DNA of 64,000 bases from Octopus sinensis. Taxonomy: Eukaryota. Below, one piece after another: positions 27,739-40,567 of this stretch. The translations under genes were made by a program, and so were the position numbers. A model generated the notes under the pieces. It was not told where the DNA came from and ran no database searches. It was given only the letters and a program-made list of their open reading frames with translations. Position 1 is the stretch's first letter. The number at the start of each line of letters is the position of its first letter. The stretch covers positions 53,258,001-53,322,000 of the forward strand of contig NC_043008.1 of NCBI RefSeq assembly GCF_006345805.1, read 5' to 3'.

Positions 27739-28907
27739 GTATATAATTTAGAGAAAAGCCCCTATCAAACAATTCATTAATGAAAGATGTTATTCACACC
27801 ATATAGAAAATATATACCATAAAAACCTTATTCTAAAAATCAATAAAGTACAATGAATATTAAATAGTAGTAAAAGACTACACGCGTTTCGTCGCTATAT
27901 TTTCATATAGATAACAATAATAAAATCAATTCGATTTAAAATTAAATCGATCTAAAATTAATTCTACTTTAAAATATAGTCACTCACCAGGTCTAAAATA
28001 ATAGATAATGAAACAATAATAATAGAATAAATGACACTTATCTTAACTTATACTAATTATCAAAAAATATATAAAAATAGGTGTATTAACTATAAATAAT
28101 CGAAAAACATTTAACAATATTTCTTAAAATAAAAACAAAACTTGTCTTATCGAAGGATTTTCATTAACTAAAAATTTAAAGGTAATACGTAGAACTTAGC
28201 GTTTATAAGAAATATATCGTATGAAAATATGGTGTAAATAGAATTTATAAAAGAAATAGATAGAAATATGTATTTAAGCTATTAAAATTACAAATGTATT
28301 TTAGCTGTGAGAATAAGAAAAAAATTAACTTTGATATACCATTTACTGGAAAAATTGTAAAGTCAAAATAATTTAAAGACTAAATACGTAAATTACATAA
28401 TATAATAAACGTGAATGAAGCTACAATTCTATAATTTAATCTATTTTCATTAATTAATTTATTTATTTTATAAACATCTAATTTTCGTCTTATTCTAATT
28501 ATGTAATATAGACTATATGATCTTGTGCTAATTTATACACATTTTACTACTACAAATTATAACTACAATAATTAGTAACTTAAAACAAGGTTTATATATA
28601 TATATACACACACAAATTAGCTAAACTTATTATATAAGTAATTCAATTTATGTCTACATCTAATTTTTCGTTCGTCTAATTAATTTTAGATCGATTTAAT
28701 TTTAAATCAAATTGATTTTATTATCATTATCTATTTGAAAAGATAGCGACGAAACGCACGTAGTCTTTTAGTACTATTTAATATTTATTGTACTTTATTG
28801 ATTTTTAGAATAAGGTTTTTATAGTATATGTTTTCTATATGGTATGGTGTGAAGAACATCTTTCATTATTGAATTGTTTAATAGAGGTTTTTCTCGAAAT
28901 TATATAC
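27739..28907. mobile_element. Penelope-like fold-back element: ~225-bp inverted arms around a ~715-bp AT-rich spacer
   Basis: Arms 27739-27963 and 28678-28907 align closely; HHR motifs in the arms; (TA)n near both outer ends. Confidence 0.75.
27875..27994 (-). ncRNA. Type I hammerhead motif with extended stem II (A6G core change)
   Basis: Minus: AGAC-CTGGTGA-GTgaCTATATTTT...AAAATATAGcgAC-GAAA-CGCGTG-TA^-GTCT; the plus-strand half copy at 28751-28766 reads GAAACGCACGTAGTCT, implying ancestral ACGCGCGT. Confidence 0.7.
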
Positions 28908-28999
28908 ATACATATATATATATATATATATATTATAATATATATATATATATATATATAGTTAATCCAAACATGAAAACACCAATATATATATATATA

Positions 29000-29821
29000 T
29001 GAGGCGGTATCAAAAAGTTCCAGAACTAGTTATGTTTAATAAAAAAATACCTTATTTACCTAAGTTTTAACCTTATCTCCTTCGAAATAGTCACCTTGCA
29101 CAACATTACACTGGTCCCAGCGTTCTTGCCACTTTTGGAATCTGGCCTGGAAGTTGTTTTCCATAAGTGAGTCAAGTATCTTCTGCGAGTAGCTCTGGAT
29201 CTCAACAGTGTTAAAACGGTGACATTTGAGCTGCATTTTCTTCTTGGGGAAGAGATGAAAGTCTGAAGGTGCAAAATCAGGTGCGGAAGCAATGCCATGT
29301 TTGTGGTGAGAAACTCACAAGTGAAGAGAGCTCGATGACATCATCGCGAAGAATCAAATTCTTCATGCTCTTCAGATCCACCCAAACACTTCAAAACGTC
29401 ACAATAGAACTCTCGATTGATGGTCTGGGTCTGGCTGCGGGGTATGAATTCTCGATGCTCAATACCACGTTTCCAGTTCTCCCAGATCGCTCATCATTAT
29501 CCAGGGACATTCTTCCACTTTTGAAGCAACAATGCCACTCAAAACATTGCATATGACCCATGCACAATGTTCTGTAACAGCAAAGTTTGACACAAAATTT
29601 CACGATGGCTCTTTGTTCCTGTCCACGACAAAAATCACAGACTACAGCAGATACATGATCACAAAAACACAAATTTCACAACTTGCAAAATAAACACACC
29701 GATGTCACTCAGCACACTGTCCCATGAAGGTCATTACTAGCTCCCACTGCACACACAACCATTCACTGCCATCTGTTAGCATGCTATAGAACTGGTCTGG
29801 GAACTTTTTGATACCACCTTG
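29000..29821 (-). mobile_element. Internally deleted mariner transposon (822 bp), transposase pseudogene
   Basis: TIRs TA|tgaggcggtatcaaaaagttcc ... ggaactttttgataccaccttg|TA; N-terminal EQRAIVKFCVKL...FEWH..FKSGR.SLDNDERSGR; C-terminal APSDFHLFP...FQKWQERWDQC...GDYFEGD in shifted frames. Confidence 0.92.
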
Positions 29822-30123
29822 TATACATATAAATTTACATATACAGCTACATAGCTATATAGATATACATGTAGAACGATAAACACTCATATACATATAG
29901 GTGTACATATAAAATATTGCAATGCAAATGTATTAGTTTCTTTCCAGTAAAATAAAGCACCAAAAAGGTAGAAGTATAAATATAGAGTATCGACTGCTAT
30001 TTCCAGTAAATATTGGTGCCTTGTTGTACCACTACTCTATATTTATGTGTACACACACACATACACACACACATATATATACATACATACATAAACACCA
30101 CACACTACATACATATATTATAT

Positions 30124-30156
<33 letters not shown>

Positions 30157-30828
30157 TATATACACACACATACATATGTGCATGCTAGTGTGAATGGGTG
30201 TATAAATGCTGCAGTCACTTTTTTTTAGATGATACAGGCCTCGGTACAAAACAGTAGAATCTACTAACACTGCTCAGATAGTGAATATGCTACTGGTTAC
30301 ACTACAACTATGAGCTTCACCATCAATCTCAGTACTCACAGAATGAAGGTAGATTATTAATATTGTACAATGCTCTTTTAGATGGTCAACTAACAGTCAT
30401 GATATAAACCATATTGGTTATTCCAAAATCTGAATAACATTATATGTATGAATGTATGCATGTATGGCTATATATGTGTGTATGTGTGCATATATGTAAT
30501 ATATATTATATATATATGCATTATATATATATACCTATTATATATATACTATAGATATATATATATATATAATTATATGTATGCACACACATATGTATAT
30601 ATGTCGGTATACAGAAATGTATGTGTGTACAACCACATATATGTAAATGTATGCATGTAAGAATATGTAATGTGTACATACACACACACATGCACACGTA
30701 TATATAGATATATAAAAAATCATATCAGATCTATACATATGCATATAGATATTTATATATATATACTCACAAATACATATACAAATACAAATACATATCA
30801 TACATGTATTTATGTATGTATATATGTT

Positions 30829-30894
<66 letters not shown>

Positions 30895-31158
30895 AACGTG
30901 TGTATATACATATATATATGTATATAGATAGATACATATATATATATATATATTTAAGTAGGTGAATGAATTATCCTATGTTTATCATCAGCATGGAAAA
31001 TTCGTTTAACCGAAACCTGGGTAGCAAATTCACGTCAGAAACACGGTTGAAGCGACCTGTCAAGGGTAGAAACTCTGGGTTCATGTGTAAAAATTTGTGT
31101 GTTATATATGAATAAATGAAAGAATGGAGTCGAACGAAGATGTTAACAAAATTCCTTA

Positions 31159-31237
31159 CTCTCGACACATGTTTCGAAGACAGCATGTTTTCATTCCAAG
31201 GAAAAGGGTGCATTATGCAATCTTCTCATCAGGAAAG
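31159..31237 (-). ncRNA. Type I hammerhead ribozyme with canonical core
   Basis: Minus: CTTTC-CTGATGA-GAAGA...TCTTC-GAAA-CATGTG-TC^-GAGAG; stem I ctttc/gagag, stem II gaaga/tcttc, GUC triplet, short self-complementary stem III. Confidence 0.85.
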
Positions 31238-31333
31238 AAAGGGAGCTCTCTCGACACAAGGCAAACAATATTTCGATGATTGCCTACATGGTAAACAAAG
31301 CTTTGTTTACCATGCAGGCAATCATCGGAATTT

Positions 31334-31411
31334 TTGATGAGAAGATTGCATAATGCGCCCTTTATTCCTTCGGAATGAAAAACATGATGTCTTCGAAACA
31401 TGTGTCGAGAG
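31334..31411 (+). ncRNA. Second, 5'-clipped hammerhead copy in the right arm
   Basis: TTGATGA-GAAGA...TCTTC-GAAA-CATGTG-TC-GAGAG; the arm begins at the core, so the stem I 5' strand is missing. Confidence 0.65.
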
Positions 31412-31469
31412 TAAAGGAATTTTGTTAACATCTTCGTTCGACTCCATTCTTTCATTTATTCATGTATAA

Positions 31470-31517
<48 letters not shown>

Positions 31518-32311
31518 CACACACACAAAAACACACACACACACACATAAATCTATATATATATATATATATATATACATACATAACATTATATAATAAG
31601 TTGAAACAGATTAAAATAGCCTCATTAATGGATAAAAATCTTCAATGAATTACTGGTTTGTTACCTATTATTTTTTTGTGAATATTAATATTCCTAAAAT
31701 AATAGGTTTAAGTATAAGTCTAAGTATATAATATATATATATAAATAAATAAAAAACATTAATACTAACGAGCGATATTAATGTTTGTGGCCGCAAGCTA
31801 AAGCCACATAGGCAAAATTATTAGATATATACAAAGAGCAAATTATATAGAACAAGCATGCTTTTCTTAAAGGACGCCAGCTTAACTCCTATGTTCAGCA
31901 AAGCAGGTGTCTTTTAAGAAATGCGGCTTTCTTATATATAATTCCTTTATGTGTGGTGTGTGTGTCTGTGTGTGTATGTGTGTGTTTGTATGTAGGTATA
32001 TGTAGGGTATATATATATATATATATTATATATATATATTAATATATATATATATATTATATATATATATATACAATATATAAATTAATAATAATAAGCG
32101 TATTAACAGGAAGTACAAGCATGCTAACATAGCACTTGTTAGTACCCTTAATTATTAATTGATAATTTTTAACTTTAGGATCTTTTGCAAATACTAAGCC
32201 ACTGATATTAATTATAAACAATAATATCCTCATATAAATATATATATATATGTAATGATGCATGTGCATATATATATATATACATACTATATATATAATA
32301 TATATAATATA

Positions 32312-32352
<41 letters not shown>

Positions 32353-32364
32353 TATATTATATAT

Positions 32365-32431
<67 letters not shown>

Positions 32432-32451
32432 TACATAAATGTGTGTGTGTG

Positions 32452-32858
32452 TTTGTGTGGTAAGTAGCTTGATTTCCAGCCATATGTTTCCAGGTTCAGT
32501 CCCAAGCTGTGTTGCATCTTGGGCAAGTATCTTCTACTAAAGCCTCAGGCCAACTAAAGCATTATGAGTGGATTTGGTTGACAGAAACTGAAGATGCCTG
32601 TCGTATATATATATGTATATAGCTATGTGTTTGTGCCTTTGTGTCTATGTTTGTCCCCCATCACCACTTGACAACCGGTATTGGTGTGTTTGTGTTCCCA
32701 TAACCTAGCGGTTTACCAAAAGAGACCAATAGAATAAGTACTAGGCTTATTAAAAAGAATGAGCCTTGGTGTCGATTTCTTCGACTAAAATCTTTCATGG
32801 TTACACTCCAGCATGGCCACAGTCAAGTGAGTGAAACAAGTAAAAGAATAAAAGAATA
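32452..32858 (+). mobile_element. SINE family A, full length
   Basis: gtgtggtaagtagcttg ... catcttgggcaagtatcttctacta ... gagtgaaacaagtaaaagaataaaaga. Confidence 0.9.
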
Positions 32859-32885
32859 TATATACATATATACATATATACATAT

Positions 32886-32938
<53 letters not shown>

Positions 32939-32951
32939 ACTATATACATAT

Positions 32952-33027
<76 letters not shown>

Positions 33028-33113
33028 GTATATATGTATATATAATATATATGTATATATATTCTTCTTATCTCATGGTGTAATATGAACATTTAACGTG
33101 GTTTTTAGAGTCA

Positions 33114-33158
33114 GGGATTTGACTGCCATTTCGGCATGGTGGTGTCTCTCAGACACCC
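33114..33158 (-). ncRNA. Degenerate hammerhead-like motif
   Basis: Minus: gggtgt-CTGA.GA-GACA ccacca TGCC-GAAA-TGGCAG-TC^-aaatccc; needs one insertion and about two substitutions to be canonical. Confidence 0.35.
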
Positions 33159-33555
33159 TTATTTTTAGTTGTAAAAAATTATTACCTTTGTATGGTATTC
33201 TTTCCCATGCTGGCCACTTGATAATATCGATATTTAAATATCGATATTATCCTTATTTATAAATATATATATATATATACGATGGTTGTCAACTTGTAGA
33301 CGTGCATCACTATCACTGACAAACTATCTTACCCTAGATGTTAAAAAACAGTGGCAGTCAGCAATGCCTTTGATCTAATTTAAAGTCAATAGCAACCTGC
33401 ACAGCCCTGCTGAGAATTTCACTTCTAAACCAAAGTAGTCCAGATAGAAGCACAAGAAAAATTTCCTGTTTTGGAATGAGGAAGATGCTATTTCAGAATC
33501 TCCTCCCAGAGAGATGTTTAAACAAATACCAGGAGTCTCTCACTCCCAGCTGTTG

Positions 33556-33850
33556 CGTGGATGCACATGGCCTAGTGGTTAGAACAGCAGATTCGGTCGA
33601 GGGATCGCAGGTTCGAATCTCAGACCGGGTGATGTGTATGTTTATGAGCGAAACACCTAAGCTCCATGCGGCTCCAGCAGAAGGTAATGGCGAACTTCTG
33701 CTGACTCTTTCGCCACAACTTTCTCTCACTCTTTCCTCCTGCATCATGTAGCTCACCTGCGACGGACTGGTGTCTCGTCCAGGTGGGGAACCTATACGCC
33801 AAGGAAACCGGGAAGCCGGCCCTTATGAGCCAGGTGTGGCTCAAGAAGGA
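33556..33850 (+). mobile_element. tRNA-derived SINE with 14-bp target-site duplication
   Basis: TSD ACTCCCAGCTGTTG at 33542-33555 and 33851-33864; A box tggcctagtggttag, B box ggttcgaatct. Confidence 0.92.
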
Positions 33851-34597
33851 ACTCCCAGCTGTTGGATGGTTATTGACTCTACTGAATTCATCCTTCCTTT
33901 GACAGAATTTGTTTTTGTGTCTTGGAGAATATCCAACAAAATTCATCCTCTTTACCAAGCAGGCTTGGCAGGGTCACTAGTTTAGGTACTGACCGCTCAA
34001 TCATGCGACTGATAGTATTGTCACCAGTAGCACTAAGATTGAACTGACATACGTACATACACACATGCATACATATCTGCATACAAGCATATTATACATA
34101 CATACATACATACATACACACGTACATACATAGATACATGCATATGCATATTCATTCGCACAAACATACATAGATTTTTATTTTTTAATTTGTTATTTAG
34201 ATATATGATTTACTGTAACTGTAAATGATTTTGTTGATCAAAGAACGTTCTAGATATTTGAATTAGTAGAAATTGTTTAGTTATGTTTGTTTTGTCTTTA
34301 AGTTCACCTTACACTCAGTTGAGCTGATTTTGTTGCAAAAAAACCGCAATTTGTTTGGAATTAAATAAGATTCATGATATAGCTACAGGCTAATTCCTCA
34401 CATGTAAAATTTCAAAAATTTCAAAAATTAAGTATACCTATCAACTGCACATAGATGTCTGATGAAATGGTCTAGTTATGTAATCATATGATGTAATATG
34501 TTATTGCTGAAATAAATAACCATATTATGGAAACATTCATAACATAAACAATATTTCTATTCATATTCTTTTATTATTACATATATATATATATGTA

Positions 34598-34636
<39 letters not shown>

Positions 34637-35053
34637 CTATATATATTATATAATTAATAATATGCATTATTATTAGTTATATGGATAATATATATATATA
34701 TTACTGACTATATATATCGTATAATTGTGAAAGTTCATTTGATACACAAATTCATATTATTAAATTATTGCAAAACTTTATGACATATATTTGCGTCGTT
34801 TTGAATATTTATGAATTCTGCTACTAATTTTTTGTAATTAGTGTTTCAAATTAGTCCTCAAGCAAGAACCAAAAAAAAAAGAATAATAATGATAATGAAG
34901 GTATCTAATCAAGTCCGAAAAAAAAAAGCATCTTTAATTTACGTTTTAAAGATTAAAATCAAAATGCAAAAAAGCAAGAAAAAAATTTCGTCGACCCTTT
35001 ATTGTTCAAGCAATTCATTTTTACTGTGGACCGCATTTCCTTTCCAATTTTAG

Positions 35054-35173
35054 GGCATAGGAAACGCAGGGTTGGACCCGCTTACCCGTGGCATCTATAT
35101 ATCCATTCCGCACGCCCAATACCAGCAGGTTTGCCCATTTCCCCAGTTTCCCAATGTTCTAAGTGGTCTGTGA
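35054..35173 (+). other. GC/CpG-rich unique island, candidate exon (strand ambiguous)
   Basis: Plus: catttcctttccaattttag acceptor, then open frame GIGNAGLDPLTRGIYISIPHAQYQQVCPFPQFPNVLSGL*, or a 75-bp exon ending CAG|gtttgc. Minus: ATG at 35138 (MGKPAGIGRAEWIYRCH), then CACGG|gtaagc donor at 35085. No family recognised. Confidence 0.35.
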
Positions 35174-36637
35174 ACTAGTTGCCCGATGCTTCAATCAAAC
35201 TAATCTTTTTATTCTGCTTTTTGATATGCATTTTCTTTATTGTAACATTTTTTTTTCAATTTACTTTTCTCTCTCTCTCTCTCTCTTTTTTTTTTTGGCG
35301 ACAGCTTTCTCCAATGTCTGTTGATTTTTGGTTGTCTTTCTTTTTTTTTTTTAAACTTCTAGAATTATTATGATATAAAATAACAAACGAAAACTAAGCA
35401 ACATCATATAAAAGTTAGCTGATGAAATCTCCAATGATAAGCTGACTTGAAGAAGTGTTAAAATGTCATATTCTTCTGTGATTAAATAGTTTCAATTTTG
35501 ATAAATATTTTATAAAAGGTTTCTTCATCCTACTTCTAAAATCGATTGATTGGAAAATTGAATTCACGCCAATTTTATTTTAAACTTTTCAATGACATAT
35601 AGAGAAATTTTCAAGTCAGCTTTAGTTCAATTGTTGTTTTGGAATCTATTAAAACACAGAATGGGAACTGGTTCCCTTTTTTTTTCTTCTTTTTCTTTTT
35701 TTTTTTTGGTTCCTCTATTACTCAGTTTTCACATAAAAACAATGACAATAAACAACAAAAAGGGAAACTTAATTAAAGTGATCTTGTGATTTTTTTAGAG
35801 AAATATGTCAAAATTATGTCCTACTTTTAATCACAAACCTACCAGACCTGTGGGAAAATTAAAAGTACTTCACCACAAATGAAGTACGTTACAAATTTGA
35901 ATTTGAATAAGATCAAACTCTAAGTAGATTCAAATGCACTACACTTTGAGCAAATACCAAATTCTATAAACACTATCCATTCTCATATCAGACACATCAG
36001 GAATTCCACTCATCCACACCCCCACCAACACAACACCCCACACCCTAATCATTGGAAATCAGTTAATACAGAAATATAAACCCTATCTGTACCAGAAAAC
36101 TTTGCTTCTCAATAAAATATAGAGGGATAAATAGTTAAAGAAATTGCATAGACTCGACTTTTATGCTTTCAATTCATTTTTAAAATAACAAAGAAGTTAG
36201 TAAAATAACTTAGTAATTATTAGACTAGTAATTGGAAATGGTATATAAATTAACATGAAATCTTGATAGAATGCTTTAATTTAGTCCAATTAAAAAAAGG
36301 GAAATTTGTATCATGGGACTAGAAATGGAATCATGGTTGTTGGTATTAAAAGAGTTGACAAGAAATTTTGAGGGCAGGCTTTTACATCGCTTTAAAACAG
36401 GAAGTTCATATTATAGGACTAGGGATGATCTGAGGAGGATTAGAGTCAAAAGGATTAATATGACCATGTAAGGCATTGTCTTTTCTTTTTTTTTTATCTA
36501 ACTCTATACTAAATTTATCTGTTTATTTGAGCCAGATTCAACCTCTCATACCTACCCTACAATGTTGTTTCTGAATATAAGCATTTAATCATCATCAAAA
36601 CTTCAAAGCTACAAGATAAAGCATGATTAATTCAAAA

Positions 36638-36816
36638 CCATCATCATCAACATTTAATGTCTGTTTCCCATACTGGCATCGGATTAGACAGTTTGGCTGG
36701 ATATGGTAAGCTGGAGAGCTGCACCAGGCTCCAATCTGTTTTGGCTTGCTTTCTAAGGGTGGATGCCCCTTTTAATGCTAACCAACCACTCCACAGAGTG
36801 TAGCAGGTGCCTTTTA
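36638..36816 (-). mobile_element. Retroposon family E fragment
   Basis: catcatcaacatttaatgtctgtttcccatactggc ... ggatgcccc ... ccactccacagagtgtag. Confidence 0.7.
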
Positions 36817-37206
36817 CCTGAATGCTAGAAAGTTAACCAATTACCATAAATTAATCTCTCCATTGATTTAACCCCATCTAGCTGCATGAGAACTTTTAGC
36901 AGAGTCCACAATGTTCCAAACATTCAGGCCAGGTCTCAAGTTTGAGGATAATTGCCTCTTTTACATTTACTTGTCTTGGAGGGCCTGTAAGGAATTGCAG
37001 GCACCTACCTTCTCTCCTGACTGAAAGATAAAGGGTAAAATAACCAGACATCTGAGTATCTACCCTGAAATTTCATCACAATGTCCCTCCACATACACAC
37101 TTTAACAGCATAAAACTGTGTTATGCTTAACCCTATTCCCCACAGCATCAGCTTTAATCTCCAGTATTCTACCATAAAACATTAACTACATACCCCTGTG
37201 TGATGT

Positions 37207-38341
37207 TTAACCATAATTCTACACAATACCACGTTAATCCCATTATCACAATGTTAACTTAAACCAGATTATCCGTGTCATATTTAACCATAATACTACA
37301 CAATACCACATTAATCGCTTTACCATAATGTTAACTTAAACCAGATTATCTGTGTCACACAATACCACATTAATCCCATTATCACAATGTTAACTTAAAC
37401 CTTATTATCCGTGTCATATTTAACCATAATACTACATGATACCACATTAATCCTTTTATCACAATGTTAACTTAAACCGGATTATCCGTGTCATATTTAA
37501 CCATAATACTACACAATACCACATTAATCACTTTACCATAATGTTAACTTAAACCAGATTATCTGTGTCACACAATACCACATTAATCCCATTATCACAA
37601 TGTTAACTTAAACCTTATTATCCGTGTCATATTTAACCATAATACTACATGATACCACATTAATCCTTTTATCACAATGTTAACTTAAACCAGATTATCC
37701 GTGTCATATTTAACCATAATACTACACAATACCACATTAATCCCTTTACCATAATGTTAACTTAAACCAGATTATCCGTGTCATATTTAACCATATTACT
37801 ACACAATACCACATTAATCCCTTTACCATAATGTTAACTTAAACCAGATTATCCGTGTCATATTTAACCATAATACAACACAATACCACATTAATCCCTT
37901 TACTATAATGTTGATTTAAAGCAGATTATCCGTGTCATATTTAACTATAATACAGCACAATACCACATTAATCCCATTATCACAATGTTAACTTAAACCA
38001 GATTATCCGTGTCATATTTAACCATTATACTACACAATACCACATTAAACCCATTATCACAATGTTAACTTAAACCAGATTATCCGTGTCATATTTAACC
38101 ATTATACTACACAATACCACATTAATCCCATTATCACAATGTTAACTTAAACCAGATTATCTGTGTCATATTTAACCATAATACTACACAATACCACATT
38201 AATCCCATTATCACAATGTTAACTTAAACCAGATTATCCGTGTCATATTTAACCATATTACTACACAATACCACGTTAATCCCATTATCACAATGTTAAC
38301 TTAAACCAGATTATCCGTGTCATATTTAACCATATTACTAC
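37207..38341. repeat. 77-bp minisatellite, 15 units plus a partial, with a 213-bp higher-order repeat
   Basis: Unit ttaaccataatactacacaataccacattaatcccattatcacaatgttaacttaaaccagattatccgtgtcatat; units 2-4 (37284-37496) duplicated as 5-7 (37497-37709), sharing an 18-bp deletion; then 8 regular units to 38325. Confidence 0.95.
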
Positions 38342-39023
38342 AGCATAACTCAATTAACTCTCTACTACAACATTAACTTTAACCATAATACAAACACCAT
38401 ATTATGTTAACCAAATTTCTCCATGTCAGGTTTAAGCCTAATACCGGACCGTATTATCTTATTTCTAATCCTTACTGTCAGATTTAAACCCTGTCTCAGA
38501 CTATCCCACTTTAACCTTTCCCTTATGCAGTGCCAGTGTTAAACTTACTACCTGTTCATATTACCTTAACCCTTCACCACACATATTTAAACCTAATATC
38601 AGACCATGTGACCATCACCCTACCCCATAACGCCATACGTAAAACCTAACAGCATACCATGATAATTTAACCACAGCTGCCACAGGGTCAGATTTATGCC
38701 ACAATACTAAGGTATTAGATTTGTCCACAGGGTCAGAGTTAAGCTTAAAGATACCAAAGTGGTATGTGGCCACTACTGAGGGTTATATACATATGTTGGC
38801 ACAAACAGATAGAAGAGCAAATGAGGGCAAGGGGTCTTGTGAGAGGCATATACGGAATAGGGCAAAAGCGAAGAATAGCACTAGGCTCACAAAGCTAATC
38901 CTGGCTCCAGCTGGCCTTGAAATCATTCCTGTCATTATTGTGTAAACAGATACATTCACACACACACATGCACATTATATATATATATATTAGAAGGTTT
39001 GGAGATGATGTACAGGTATTTTA

Positions 39024-39279
39024 TATTAGAAAAAATAAGGTACTCAGAAATTCGGATGGTTTTATATTTACAGATATTTATTTGTATGTTACTTGTTTTT
39101 ATATATCATATATCATATATTATAGCGCTTTCATGGTGTCTTCAATTTGAAGACTCCACGAGAATGGACGAAAGTGCTAATATATGATATATGATTTATA
39201 AAAACATGTAACATATTAATAAAAATCTATAAATATAAAACCATCCAGATTTCTGAGTACCTCATTTCTTCTGATATAT
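39024..39279. mobile_element. Fold-back element with degenerate hammerhead at the centre
   Basis: ~120-bp inverted arms; right arm TTGAAGA-cTCC acgagaat GGAC-GAAA-GTGC-TA^-AT (39144-39183); left arm has the inverted gaaagcgcta. Confidence 0.75.
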
Positions 39280-39924
39280 CTATGTATGTATGTATGTATG
39301 TGTACAATGTAGCTGAAGACTGGACCTCTGCCAAAGGGGCTGATCCTAAGATGGGTATCTAGGCAGAGAGTGTGCCAGAAATAGAACATGGAAGTAAGAT
39401 GTGGTTCTCCAATCCATCTTTGAGGAAGGTAACTCCACAGAAGAACTTGCTTAACCTTTGATGACTTGTACAAACTTCATCACCAATGGAAAGCAAGTTC
39501 AAAAAGTATGTGTGCGTGTGTGTGTGTATGTGTGTGTGTGCATGTGTGTGTGTGAATGTGTGTGTGTGTGCATGTGCGTGCACGTGTCCTCTCTACCATA
39601 AGCACAAGACCTGGAATTTTAAAAACACAATAAATATCAGGAGAGGAAAAACCTTTCTGCCAGTGGTTAGCAAAGATGTTCGGTTTTGAGAGACATCTGG
39701 TATTCTGGCAATCTGAATGTCTGAGAATCAAGAAGACACATGTGACAAGCCTGCATCTTTGAATTACAGGCACAATTCTTCAGCCAAAGACTTCCACAGT
39801 TTCCATCTGTTCAATTTCATTCACAAAATTCCACTCAGTGGTATTAAACCTAAAACCTTGTGATTGCACTGCAAACCTCTTAACCATTTGACCATTCTAT
39901 TATCATCATCATCGTCATTTTAGT

Positions 39925-40248
39925 GAAAGCACACGGCTCAGTGGCCAGAGCCAGAGTGTCATGGGGTAGCGAGTTCGATTCCTAGACCCGACTGTGTGTT
40001 GTGTTCTTGAGCAAGACACTTTATTTCACATTTCTCCAGTTCACTCAGCTGTAGGAATAAGTTGCTATGTCACTGATTCCAAGCTGTATCATGGCCTTTG
40101 CCTTTCCGTTCGATAACATCGGTGGCATAGAAAGGGGAGGCTGGCATGCATGGGTGCCCGCTGGTCTTCCATAACAACTTTGCCAAAACTTGTGCCTTAG
40201 TGGAGAACTTTCTGGGTGCAATCCCATGGTCATTCATGACCAAAGGGT
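39925..40248 (+). mobile_element. tRNA-derived CORE-like SINE
   Basis: cggctcagtggccagag ... gagttcgattcct ... gtgttcttgagcaagacactttatttcac ... cccatggtcattcatgaccaaaggg. Confidence 0.8.
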
Positions 40249-40567
40249 AGGGTGGGGGAGTCTTTATCCTTTACCATCATCATAATTTTACATCCCTACA
40301 TCCATGCTGAGGTGGATTGGATACTTTAATGTCTGCTTTGGCATGGTTTCTACAGCTAGATGCCCTTCCTAATGCCAACCACTTTACAAAATGTTGTATT
40401 GAGTCCATTTTTTTTTTGTAGTACCTGTATTAGTGAAGTTATCGTGCAGCCCACAAGACCTAGATCCCCTTCAGTTGAACAAAGCTATATATATGATAGA
40501 AAATGGTAAGACAACAAAAGAATGAAAGAGACCTCGATTTTATGTAAATACAGGAATTTAGGTGTAA

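Larger units (their letters stand above)
31108..31463. mobile_element. Fold-back element carrying two outward-facing hammerheads and an inner hairpin
   Basis: Arms 31108-31232 and 31334-31463; inner stem cgatgattgcctacatggtaaacaaag/ctttgtttaccatgcaggcaatcatcg. Confidence 0.85.

Noticed and set aside
33476-34082. Overlapping ORFs around the TSD-flanked SINE
   Set aside because: After removing the SINE, the reconstructed frames are short or unrecognisable and lack consistent splice sites.
37207-38341. CRISPR-like array
   Set aside because: Units are contiguous near-identical 77-mers with no unique spacers, no cas genes are present, and the context is eukaryotic.
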